From the human T2T-CHM13v2.0 reference genome, Homo sapiens, in the NCBI RefSeq assembly GCF_009914755.1, contig NC_060941.1: a DNA stretch of 64,000 nt; one strand, 5' to 3'. The position numbers and the translations under genes are program-made. The notes under the pieces were generated by a model that had not been told where the DNA came from, made no database searches, and saw only the letters and a program-made list of their open reading frames with translations. Every line of letters starts with the position of its first letter. Positions within the stretch are counted from its first letter, which is position 1. Below are positions 1-12,769 of this stretch, one piece after another.

Positions 1-728
1 GCCTGTATGCTATTAGTTTTATAAAGTGGGGTTCTTCATAAGACAGAAATTATATCATTTGCCCATCTCTGTAAGGCATGATCTCTCAACTGTGGGATGT
101 ATCAGGGTTCACTGGCATTAATCTCCATCCCTCTTATGGCCAAGCAGAACTGTCTCCTCAGATTCAAGATACATTCTGTGTCCTAGAATAAATTCCTTTC
201 TCTGAGGAAAGTGAACTACTTTCTAAAGAGATAAATGAATGCAGGCTGTGGTTTTATTGGCATAGCTTTTTAGAGGTTTTTGTTTTTGTTTGGTTTGGTT
301 GGTTACCTGCATTATACCAAGTATCCCCAAAGACATTTCTAAGCACTTAGTTACCTTACAAATAAGACTGATTTTAATGGGAATGGTCATGTTGAACTTA
401 GAATTGCCTGGAATAAGGAAGGGTTTGCAGTTTATTCAATTTCCCATCTCATCTCAGGTCTTCCATTTGGGGATAATGTTTGAATATCATTTGGTATGGG
501 TGGAACCAGCACTAATGGTAGATTCCATTATGGCTAGACACATGCATGCTAACATAGGTTTGATTTGAGTCAGACCACAGAGCAAAACCTAAAGCAATGA
601 TCATCTGCCAACCCTCAACCCACTGAGGGATTTGTTGGCTGACTAACACTGTCCTGCTATGGTCTGGGAGAGAATGGGACTAACTATTCCCAATAATCCA
701 CTTCACAGACCAAAACCTTTCAGTAGAC

Positions 729-1003
729 TTTCTCTCTCTCTTTCTTTCTTTCTTTCTTCTTTCTTTCTTTCTTTCCTTCTTTCTTTCTCCTTCCTTCCTT
801 CTTTCTTTCTTTTTCTTTCTTTCTTTTTCTTTCTTGCTTTCTTTCTCTTTCTTTCTTGCTTGCTTGCTTTTTCCTTCCTTCCTTCCTTTTCTTCCTGTCT
901 TCCTTTTCTCCTTCCCTCTTTTTCTTCCTTTTCCTCTTTGTCTCTTTCTCACCCTGTTTTTTTCTCTCCCTCTCTCCCTCACCCCTCCTTTCTGTCTCTC
1001 TCT
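729..1003. repeat. Polypyrimidine (CT/CTTT/CCTT) low-complexity tract
   Basis: Almost pure C/T run of mixed TC, TTTC and TTCC units; source of the F/L/S-rich and K/R/E-rich ORFs. Confidence 0.95.
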
Positions 1004-2194
1004 CACACAGGCACACAAGAACTCGGGTTTATTACAATATTTAATACATTCTAGTTGGCTTAAAGCACTTATGAATTACATGTTTATTTTGTCTTCTTGA
1101 CTGATATTTCCTCATGTCTGAGTATTGTGCCTCTAGGAAGGAAAACTTATATTTTTTAAAGGAGAGCTTTTCTCTAAATATTGCCAAAAATAAAGTGGCT
1201 TGAAAGAAAATCACATAGACCTTTTCCTTCAGAAAAGAGAATAATGTTTGAAGACTTTTATTTGTAAGAATTCCTATTTTTAAGCAACATCTTCGAGGAA
1301 GCAGTAAGGCCTGAATTTGAATAAGATCAGAGAAGACACATTCAAATGATAGTGCCTAGTGTGTATGCAGTAACGGTGAATTCTTCTGTATTTACTTCTG
1401 GCCTTACAGGTATAATTATTCTACCAGTCTTTCGCAATAATTTTCTCGTATCTACTGTAATTTGAAATATGAATTACAAATAATCATTCTGAACAGAGAT
1501 GTCTACTTACAGCCATGTCTTCTGTACCCTTTCATTTTCTGTCTGTCATGTTCTACTACTGACAGGTGCAAAGTGTACCACAGTGACTTCCATGCCTCCT
1601 GGCCACGGTATGCAAGAGTCACCAGCCTAGCATGCCCATCACTGCCTTGGATTTGTTCCTGGTCAACTCTCTTCACCTCCTGATCCTTGTCTGAATGCTT
1701 TCCTCCCTGCCAAAAGAATTCACTCTATCCTCTCTCGTGCATATCTCAATTCTAGTTTATCACTGTGGTAGAATTATTTGCTTATAGGTCTGTGTGCTTT
1801 ACAAAGTGTAACTTGAGATGAGAAAATGTCATCTTTACATTATCGGCCACCAACCAGCTCAGTGCCTGACAGTGGGAAGGTGCTCAAAGAATATGTGTGG
1901 TTTGCCCACTAAATTCCGTGATCTTAAACTTGTCTTGCATTAAATAACCTTTGACTGTCAAGTCCAAACACAAAACCCATAGTCATTTTCTATAGACATT
2001 TGCAGAAAGGATTTCTCCTCTTCTAAATTAAAAACCACCTTAAATTATAAAAATGTTTGTATAAAATTCTGCATCTCCCATACAAGTATTTGCAGAGCAC
2101 AGAACTTTGCAAATAGTGAGCATTGGATAAATGGAAGACTACGAGGGTGCTTGTTCTAGGTTATTTGCCTCATGGCAAATGATAATTTGGACTT

Positions 2195-2400
2195 AATATG
2201 TGGTACACATTGTTCTAAGAATTTTGTAACATTAACTCATTTAATCCTCACAACTTGAAAAAAATTTTCTATGAGAAAAAATTCTCGTAGTTGTGAGGGT
2301 TAAATGAGTTAATACTTAACAGATGAGGAGACAGAGAAAATACATTACCCAGGATTGTGCAAGGTGCTACCAGAATTTCCAGAGACTGTGAGTTTAACCA
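2195..2400 (-). mobile_element. MIR fragment containing an internal inverted duplication
   Basis: MIR core motifs ATTAACTCATTTAATCCTCACAAC and ACAGATGAGGAGACAGAG. Confidence 0.75.
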
Positions 2401-2695
2401 CAACTCTCAGAAACATTGGTCAATAGAATATCACATGTAAGATGAAATGCTGCAAGAAAGAGTTCTATTTACGAGGCTGGATGGGAGAAGATACGACAGG
2501 AAACATGGCAGTAATTTTATGGTACATCACACCTTACATGACCACAGTTCAAATGTCAAATGCTTCTTTTCATGCTTTTAGCTCTTTCAATGAGACCTGG
2601 TTTACTCACATTTGCTCACCCTTCAATAAAATGTGTATGTTCAGCACATCCTGCTATTGGTAAGTTTGCTTTTCCAAATAAAAATGTATTTTGAG

Positions 2696-3027
2696 GGCCG
2701 GGAGCGGTGGCTCACACCTGTAATCCCAGCACTTTGGGAGGCCGAGGAGGGCGGATCACCTGAGGTCAGGAGATAGAGACCAGCCTGGCTAACATGGTGA
2801 CACCCTGTCTCTACTAAAAATACAAAAAAAATAAAAAATAAAAAATTAGCCAGTCATGGTGGCACATGCCTGTAGTGCCAGCTACTTGGAGGTGGAGGCA
2901 GGAGAACTGCTTGAACCAGGGAGGCGGAGGTTGCAGTAAGCCAAGACTGCACCACTGCACTCCATCCTGGGCGGCAGAGTGAGACTCCATCTAAAAAAAA
3001 AACAAGAAACAAAACAAAACAAAAAAA
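2696..3027 (+). mobile_element. AluS (Sx-like), full length
   Basis: GGCCGGG...GGTGGCTCAC start, dimer with expanded A-rich linker, A-rich tail; approximate TSD AAAATGTATTTTG / AAGACGTATTTTTG. Confidence 0.97.
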
Positions 3028-4352
3028 GACGTATTTTTGGTGAGAACTTACTTGTTTTTCACTCTCTTGAAAATATGGTGAAAATGGATTGAATTGGGTT
3101 GTGTGTCATCGTAACAATAGAACATTTTATGGAATAAAATATTTGATTCTTACTTTAAAAACTTTTCAAGAATTCTTAAAACTAAATTTACCTATATGTA
3201 GCTAGTACACCATTTTATTTACAACTACTTTTTATCTACCTATCTAAGCACATCTAGCAGTGTTCCTACTTGGTAACACTCTCAGCTCCTTGTTCCTATT
3301 ATGTTCCTAAAAGAAATAAAAAGTCATACTTTGGAAATAGCTTATGATTCAGATTCCCACAGTTACTTCTCCTTCTCTAACCCCACACTTGAGTAATTTA
3401 ACCTAATTCTTTTTCAGAATTTCGTCTGTTTTCGGTGTTTAGTTATTTTTCGAAAATTATCAAATCCAGAGGAAACTATTTCCAGAAGTTTATAAGTAAT
3501 CATAAATATGAGTGAAATATTGTTGAAGTCTGTCTTCTATGAGCACTTTGGAAAATGTTAGTTTTTCTTTTACATTAACATTTTTGTTAGATTAGACATT
3601 GTGGATTGAACTTGATTCCAGGCAATGGGACTATTAAATGGCATGGGAAATAAATCTCTGAAAAGGATCAGAAATTTGGGTCCTGAAAATGTTAGTACCA
3701 TGAATTGAATACTTATGATTACCTTGAACTGTATATAGGATATATCCTTTCTCCTTGGTGACAAAAACTATTTGTTTTTACTTGTATGTTTTACTTCTAA
3801 TTGCTTTTAGCAATTGTTTGATAGAACAATCACAGCTAGAAAAATATTTCATCATTGGCAGATGAATGCCTTTTTAATATGAAAGTTTTCTGAAGCTCTT
3901 CAGGAGAGATTTGCATCTTTCTACTTTAACAGAAAATCTGTCTTTAAGCATAGGAATAATAAATTGTGAGTAATCAGATGTGCATGTTTTATCAACATTC
4001 TTTACCTTTTATGACAATGAAGAAGAATAGAATTCATTGGGATAAATTTCCCTATTTCCTTTAGGCCTGATTACAGTCAAAAATTTCTGCTTCAAGCTTT
4101 AACCGTGTCATTTAATAGAGAATACAATGACCCTCGTGTTCAATGTCGAGTGCAGAACATCTAGAAAATCAGTTTAAAAATTTAGTAAAGACTGACTGCT
4201 GGAACGTCAGTACTTCCCAAAGCAGTCAGGAAAAACCCCAATCTACGTCAGACCCTGATACTTATTAGAACATGACATGAATGTGGTCACTTTTGCTTGT
4301 TTACTGTTGAAATGCAGTTTACTAAAATTTGAAATTACTAAATGTTTCTTAC

Positions 4353-4387
4353 CTGGCTAGTTATAGAGGTTAAAAGGAAAATAGAAC
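4353..4387 (-). other. Candidate 35-nt micro-exon or recursive splice site
   Basis: Minus strand: TCCTCTTGTCTTTTATTTTCAG | 35 nt | CAG/GTAAGA. Confidence 0.25.
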
Positions 4388-5014
4388 CTGAAAATAAAAG
4401 ACAAGAGGAACATGGAGAAAACAAATTAAAAGAGCAGAAGTATGTAAACAACACGTTAAGTCCGCCTGTCTCTACATTCTCTTATTAAGTAGTGAATTTT
4501 TTGTTCTCTAGATTCAGGAGGGGGCTTGGATGATGCAAATAAGATCTGCTCGGTAGAACCAAATGAAAAACAGACAAAATAATGTAACTACTCAGCTCAC
4601 ATATCAACTGTCAGGGAATCTGGGACTATATCAACCTAGTAGGAGAGGGAATCTCTCAGTTTCTTAAATCTATGTAGATTCAATAAAGTGCCTTTTCACT
4701 CTGAAAATATGTGGAAAGCAAAACTTACCATTCTCAAATGAATGGAAGAATTGATTGACTAGATGGTGGTGATTGACTAGATTAGATGGTGGAAGAATTG
4801 ATTGATTGATGTATTAGCCCCTAGAAAGAGGTTTAAGATGACACTATGCCTTCATCAATACTGTGATATGGCCGTCTGAAAGCTAATGTGATTTAGGCTT
4901 TTACTAGAAGGATATTATTCAGAGGTAAGACAAGTAATTGCTTATATCTATTCTGGATTGGTTAAGTCACACCAAGACTTTGTTTCAAAACTACTTCTAT
5001 CAGAAGAATAAACT

Positions 5015-5017
<3 letters not shown>

Positions 5018-5074
<57 letters not shown>
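5018..5074. repeat. (GA)n microsatellite
   Basis: Perfect AG dinucleotide run. Confidence 0.98.
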
Positions 5075-5076
<2 letters not shown>

Positions 5077-5149
5077 AACCACTTAGTTCCCTGTGTATGA
5101 GATGACAGTGATATGTAGCTAAGAGAGCCAAACAGAAGCAAAGACATGA

Positions 5150-5531
<382 letters not shown>

Positions 5532-5797
5532 TAGATTTATTTCTTACCAATTGTTAAACTAATGCAGAAAATTTGTAGCCTGAGTACATTTTAATTTAAT
5601 AGAAAATTTTTCTAATAGATGGAATGGGGACTTCTAGCGGTAAAAAAAAAAAAAGTTTCTAGTTGTTATTCAAGCACTGCTTAGAAAGTAAAATGATGTT
5701 TATGTTATCATGAGGACTTAAAGACTGGATAGAAAGTTGAGCCAATAATAATAATAACAACAATAAAAATAGCCATTATTTACTAAGAACATTTTGA

Positions 5798-5920
5798 TTA
5801 CCTATTGGATACAATGTTCAATATTTGAATAATGGGTACATTAGAAGCCCAGTCACCACCAGTATGCAATATACCCATGTAACAAACATGCACATGTACC
5901 CTCTGAATCTAAAATAAAAT
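5798..5920 (+). mobile_element. L1 3'-end fragment (L1PB4/L1MA-like)
   Basis: GGGTACATTAGAAGCCC...CCATGTAACAAACATGCACATGTACCCTCTGAATCTAAAATAAAA. Confidence 0.8.
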
Positions 5921-6213
5921 GAATCTCCTTTTTTAAAAAAATTAGGTTTTGAAAATGTGATAAAAAACCACATATTTTGTGTTAGATCTTGTGGTAACTA
6001 TACTTCATTGCCAACCCTTAGAAGAATTTCACAAAGTTTGTGTTACTCATCCTGTCTCACAGATGAGAACATAGAAGGTCCAGAACTCTGCATGGCTTCC
6101 CAATCCGTTGCAAAATAGTAAACAGAGACGGAACCACTATCCAAATCTAAATCTTTATGTCTGCAACATTTCCATTTTTACCCTCTATAGTCTTTGATAC
6201 TGACAAATTCTGA

Positions 6214-6726
<513 letters not shown>

Positions 6727-7146
6727 TAAGCTTCTATCCAATTGCTTTGTTTTCACATCAGAAATTGTTTTCTTTCTCTATGTTAGTATAGTTGACTTAC
6801 TGTTAATATGGCTTATTTTTCCTCCTTGACTTTGAGATAATCTTTTTGGTAGCACCCACTCTGGGAAGGGTCATGTATTTTTGGGACCAGCCCCTTGTCT
6901 GACTCAAATCCTGAAAAATTGTGGACTGCCAAAAATATTTATATCTCTTTGGAATTTCTGTAGTTATGAATACAACAAAGCAGCAAGTTATGTAGTCTCT
7001 TCTACAGCATTTCTAGTTTTCTCTTATTTCCTGTGTATATGTCATCTCCTTAATAAAAATACAAATTATTTAGAGGAAAAAATTATTTGTAGGCTCATTT
7101 ATTATTCAAAGATTGGGCTTACAGTGGAACTTCTTTAAAAATAGTC

Positions 7147-7391
7147 TTTTGTATTTTTAGTAGAGACAGGGTTTCACCATATTGGCCAGGCTGGTCTCGA
7201 ACTCCTGACTTCATGATCCACCTGCCTTGGCCTCCCAAGTAGTCCCAGCTAGTCAGGAGGCTGGGGCAGGAGAATCGCTTGAACCCAGGAGGCAGAGGTT
7301 GCAGTGAGCTGAGATCGCGCCACTGCACTCTGGCCTGGGCGACAGAGCAAGACTCTGTCTCAAAATAAATAAATAAAAAAAAATTAAAAAT
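7147..7391 (+). mobile_element. 5'-inverted AluS (Sg-like): inverted left-monomer segment plus forward right monomer
   Basis: 7147-7238 reverse left monomer, 7239-7391 forward right monomer with A tail; one TSD AAATAGTCTTTTG / AAAAAGTCTTTTG encloses both. Confidence 0.88.
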
Positions 7392-8291
7392 AAAAAGTCT
7401 TTTGACCTGTCTTTTTCATCTGATCAGGGTTTATATTTGATACAAATAACATTCTATGTTTATCACATCAATCTAGATTTTTATGGAAATACTTTCAGCT
7501 GAACTTGATTTTCTCCCAAGAAAATCCAATATAGATTGACATTTATGTGGTTGATTGTATTAGGATAAGTGACTAGTTCTATATTTTCTCATAATGAAAA
7601 ATGAATTCATCTGTAAGCAAGAGCCTTCTTAAGTCTTTGTTACCAAAAATTCAGCAAATACACAAAATTGAAAAGGGCACAAAACGAAAATCACCAAGCA
7701 CATAAGACTAGGAAAAATGAAAATAACAAACACAAATTATTGAGAATTCATTATGTGTCAGATCCTAATGATCCACTGCATGTATCTTTCAGGATCAGCT
7801 TTCTAACATATCTGTACCAACCTTTACCCAATACCCATTAGTCTATGATGTTTAACATTCAGAAAAAGCCTCCAACTTTTAGGAAGATTTCTGCTTATAG
7901 TATTACATAACTTTTTTCTATAGAATCAAATCAAACTACAACTTTATTTTTATGGATTCTTACTTTCTTCCCCCTTCTAGTCTATTAAAATGCTTAGAAA
8001 AGTACAAATAGTCCATTTACACACAAGTACAGACATACCATGAAGAATAAAACCAAATATATATTTGTGTGCTGATGTGTTTTTATCATACCCTAGGATT
8101 GGTAGAAGTGATGCCAACCTTTCTGAAATGTTGCTTCATTTTGGATACAAGGCATTCTTATTAATATTGGAGGGATGTGTCTTTGTCACTTGGATACACC
8201 ATCCACGGCTCATGTAGGCTTAAAATGGATGTGGAAAAAAACACGACATTGAGAGTGATCCCAAATTCGCCCTTGACTTCAGATCACTTAC

Positions 8292-8356
8292 ATGTTCTTC
8301 AAGTAGAAATATTGCTGAAAGTTTGCCAAAGACGAAAAGCCCGTGGCTTTCACCAT
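8292..8356 (-). other. Candidate coding first exon B (MVKATGFSSLANFQQYFYLKN, phase 2)
   Basis: Kozak GCAAAATGG, open 65 nt to donor AT/GTAAGT; non-repeat, CpG-retaining sequence; no identified gene. Confidence 0.35.
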
Positions 8357-8505
8357 TTTGCAAGCAAAGGAAACAGCATTTGAACCTCCTTTGAAAACTT
8401 TTTTTTTTTTCACATTAAGAGGCTCCACACGAACAGAACGTGCCATAAATAGTGTGTGCTAACATTTTCCAAAAACTGGACATCAATTAATGCTAATTTA
8501 TGAGG
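8357..8505 (-). promoter_or_regulatory. Candidate promoter upstream of exon B
   Basis: CTATTTATGG (TATA/CArG/MEF2-like) at 8443-8452, NFAT-like TGGAAAA, ATGCTAAT octamer-like motif (8490-8497) with adjacent TAAT cores. Confidence 0.3.
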
Positions 8506-8764
8506 AAACTTCTTTGGAAGAGCATAGTCCAGACTCATAACTACTGAAAAGACTCATTAATATAAACGTTAAGGGAGTTTTTTCAAAGGGAGGAATTAAG
8601 GTAAATGCATATCATTACAGTGAAAGCTCATAATTTATTGAAAATTCAGTGGAAAGGAAACTTTATGCTGTGTGTTTCCAAAGTAATGTTTTGGCACATT
8701 AATCAAGGAAATAAAATAAGGATGAGGATGTGATCTCAAGAGAGATGGTCAGTAAAAATTCAGC

Positions 8765-8990
8765 TTAGTGATAGCTAACATTTATTAAATAAGTATTATG
8801 TGCCAGGCATTAGAAACACTATCTTGTTTATTTTTGCCTAACAATGCTATAAAGTAGATTTTCTTATTATTTCCATGTTGCAGTGGAGAAAAGAGAAAAT
8901 CAAGCAGCCTATGTTATTTGCTGTAGATCACAAAACTAAAAAGTGGTGAAATTCGGATTCAGAATCACCTTTCTTAACCACATGTGCTAC
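8765..8990 (-). mobile_element. MIR fragment
   Basis: ATAGCTAACATTTATT...TATGTGCCAGGCA...GGATTCAGAA. Confidence 0.7.
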
Positions 8991-9234
8991 GACATTATAC
9001 TGCCTTTAACAACTGTCAGATAGGTATATGCACAACTCTAGGTGGGTTCATGCAATGCCTTATTCTTCAGACTGTCTAATAATAAAAACAAATCATTTTA
9101 ATCCATAAGTTCTACTATACATTTAAATACACAAATTAATTATTTGGCCAATTTTAAGTTTGAGGAAATTCATTATTCCTACTTTTAGGTCTTAAACATG
9201 GTAAAAAAAAAAAAAGTAATTAGTAGATCCTTAC

Positions 9235-9288
9235 CTTTTGTGAATCTCTCTAACATTTTGTGAGGCCCAGATAATATTCACACATTGG
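9235..9288 (-). other. Candidate 54-nt cassette exon
   Basis: TTTCATTTTCCAG acceptor, AAG/GTAAGG donor; only the phase-2 frame is open. Confidence 0.18.
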
Positions 9289-9687
9289 CTGGAAAATGAA
9301 ATTTCTGTTTCTTGAGATACTTGATCATCTTATGTAAAATCTTTACTTAAATGAAAGTGGGGAATGGGCAAGTTATCTTTTTTTTTAGGGGTAGGTAAGT
9401 GTGTGTGTGTTTGTGCGTGTGTGTGTGCATGCATGCGCTTATGGGAGTGTGTTTTGGCAGAGGAAATACGGGATGCAGACAAGGGAAAGGGAAAGCAAGA
9501 AGAATATTTCTCCCAGAATCTGAGACTGGTTAACTTTTGTCTATTCTATCTCTAGTAGATCTATTTGACTTTAATGTAAATGTTTTCCCTCCAACCAGTC
9601 ATAGACCTGTAATTGGACAGAGGATTCTAGCAGGATGTTGACCCTCATCATCTCAGTGCTTGATGAAATGGATCCATCCTTCTAGAG

Positions 9688-9874
9688 CAGTGCTTTTCAA
9701 ACTTGAACATGCTTCTGGATCATCTGGAGGGCCTGGTAAAGCAAAGACTACCAAGCCTCATCCCCAGTTTCCATTTCAGTAGATCTCCAGGGGAGCCTGT
9801 CAGTTTGCATTTCTAGGAAGTTCCCAAGTGATGATATTGATGGTGGTCTGGGGACCCCACCTGGAGAACCACCG
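9688..9874. mobile_element. MER5A (hAT-Charlie MITE)
   Basis: CAGTGCTTTTCAAACTT...TTTGCATTTCTAGGAAGTTCCCAAGTGATG...GAGAACCACCG, with terminal inverted repeats. Confidence 0.85.
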
Positions 9875-10066
9875 AAGTGGAGAGGCCCACTATCAATGAA
9901 ATGTACATATAGGCTCATACTGTACTTTGGCTGTAACAATTGGTACTCAGTAAAATAAATGGTGCCGTTTGTCGTGAGAATGACAGATAAAACATGTTTT
10001 ACATAGTTTCTAAATGATCTAGAAATAATAGTGGCATTCAGTTGTCAGAAATAAAAAATTAATATT

Positions 10067-10378
10067 GGGCAGGGTGCAGTGGCTCAAGCCTGTAATCCCA
10101 GCATTTTGGGAGGCTGAGGCAGATTGCTTGAGCCCAGGAGTTCAAGACCAGCCTGGGTAACATGGTGAAACTGTCTCTTCAAAAATATATAAAATTTAGC
10201 CGGGCATGTTGGTGTGCACCTGCAGTCCCAGCTACTCCAGAAGCTGAGGGGGTGAGTGGGGAGAATCATCTGAGCCTGGGGAGGTTGAAGCTCCCGTGAG
10301 CCATGATCGTGCCACTGCACTACAGCGTGGGCGACAGAGTGAGACCCTGTCTCAAAACAGTAATAATAATGAATAGTA
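10067..10378 (+). mobile_element. AluJ
   Basis: GATTGCTTGAGCCCAGGAGTTCAAG and GAGCCATGATCGTGCCACTGCAC, J-type dimer. Confidence 0.95.
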
Positions 10379-12769
10379 ATTTAAAGCTATTATTGAATCA
10401 CTTCAGACTTTCTAAATCTTTCCATAGCTGCCAGCAACCTAATCGGGCACTCAATGTAATTTTGGATTAAAAAGAGAGAAAGGAATCAACTCTCAAGCCA
10501 TTCATTTCTGAATTCTCCACAGGAATTACAAGCTTCCAATTTGTTTACATTGAAGCCAGAAATCGTACTAGAAACTGATTACACTCGGCACAAAAAATTA
10601 AAGCAGGAGTTATATCTGAATGATTAAATATTACAACTTATCACTGAGAAAATACTGATGTGATACTAGGATAAACAAAGAACATTCAGCAAAGAAATAG
10701 AAGGAGAAAAACGAATTTAAGAGGAATAAGGGATGTCATTTTTAAATTGTGAAAGTAGAAATCGTGTCTATCTTTATTTTCAATATAATTCATTTGTAGA
10801 AAAACCTCTCTTCATGAATCTATTCAGTGATAGGTGGTTGTTGGCAAAATTAAGTCTGAAATACTGCCAAAGTTTACCTAACACTGGTTCCTAAAAAGAA
10901 ATACCATATCCGTGTTCCTGATTCTAATAGAAACATTTGTGTATCAGTCATGTAAAGTCCTCTATAACTGAAGAAAGGAGTATGAGTTTAACATGCAAAA
11001 TTCACTGCATGAAACTGTGCGAAATGTTTCAATTATTTCTATAATAACATTTAACAGGTTCCAGATATAGTGCATTAAGCACACAGCCAAGAAATGTCCC
11101 AAGCATATGCTGTTTTACATTTTGGTGTATTATAAGTGTATGAAACACATGTTAGGAATATATTTCATATTCTGCATTTGTAAAATATCAAATTTGTATC
11201 AGCAGAAACCGCAAAGGCAGCACAGAAGCTGCCCCCAGAGCACAGCCATTTTGCAATCAAACTTTTGACACCACATTATCATTTTAAAGAACAAAGCTCC
11301 TGGTTGAAATGAAGAAAATAATTTCCACAACTCGCGGCAATTTTCTTTATGTATTTATTACATGGGATTCAAAACACATACTCCACAAAAATTACTCTCA
11401 AGTTTCTATTTTGTAATCTGTGCCACTCTCAAAGTACACATTAAAAACAAAATGAATTTAACTTGATCGCTCTTATTTCATTTTATACCACTGAGGTCTC
11501 ATTTTTTTGTCATTCTTGCAGTTTATTTCACTATATCTACATGCTATTGTTCCTCAGATTATTCTATGCTATGAAGCTCTCAAGAGAGAAAATTCCTCTT
11601 CCAATGATCTCTATATGTGTGTTTGCAATATCATTCTACTTTGGTATTATAATTTTATGTATAAGATGAAATGCTGATAAGGCATTTTATGAGAAACTTA
11701 ATTATGCTACAGAATTTACCATCTATTACTAAATATTAAGCCTTTTCCCCATATCTTACTTCCTAAAATTGTATATGATATTACATTTATACTCTAAGAC
11801 TCTTTTGTTATAATGATAGATGATGTTGGTTTGGGTAGCATCTGCATAACTTGTCTTCTGTTGAATTATTTTCCAATACTAAACACTGTTGTGATGGGTT
11901 CTGCCAGCATATGGTCAAATGTACAAATCCTAGGTTACACATTCCCTTTCTTGGCCTGAAAAATCTTGGTGAGTTTAGGATACATCCGAAAGAAGCTGGA
12001 TTCCAAATAGTGCCCAAAATATAAATTTAAAACTCAAACTACACTGGCCTCTTTCGTGCTATTTACAGTCACTGGTCTCAGAGGAGGCAGGGGCTCAAAA
12101 GATCCTCACTGTAGAAGCTTTCTTTGGTTTCTCCCTTCTTTGAAATCCTGTAGCTTTAAAACATCTTTAGAATTTGTTTTGTCACTTACCAAACAATGCA
12201 TTGCTGTTTTTAGTTTTATTAAATTATAGGTGTGTGTGTACTTATTAGTAGAGTGAATGCCTAATATTTTCTTAAGGATAATTATGAAATATTATTATCT
12301 CTTCATGAAAGTAGCTAACATTAATTTTTTAGTCTAGGAACTTCACAATGTCTACATCATCTTTTTTCGTCATCCTCACTTTCTAAATCACATATTTTAT
12401 TATCATCCTGTTCTGTCTGAGGCATAATATGCTAAGGCTGCGCAGCTGAGATTTGAACTCCCTTAGGGAGTAATGAACATTGTATTGGCTATGCCCTTAT
12501 TTAACTCTAGTACACACAGAGCTCTTATTCGCGACATGTATATTTTTGCATTAATGTTTAGCCCAGCACCCGGCATCTAGCAATCCTCTTGTTGGTGAGT
12601 TAAATAGAATTATACAAGATAAATTTTAGAGTTTAGTAGAGTACATCAACAGGTATAATTTTATGTTTCAATTTTTGGAAAGTATTATATCCTGCCTTAG
12701 CTTCTCTATATATAAAATTATAAGCTAATGTTGAAACAAAACTCCACCTAGGCCCCTAGGCTAAGCCCA

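Noticed and set aside
659-1100. ORFs of 62-131 aa on both strands
   Set aside because: Translations of a CT-rich simple repeat, which lacks stop codons by composition.
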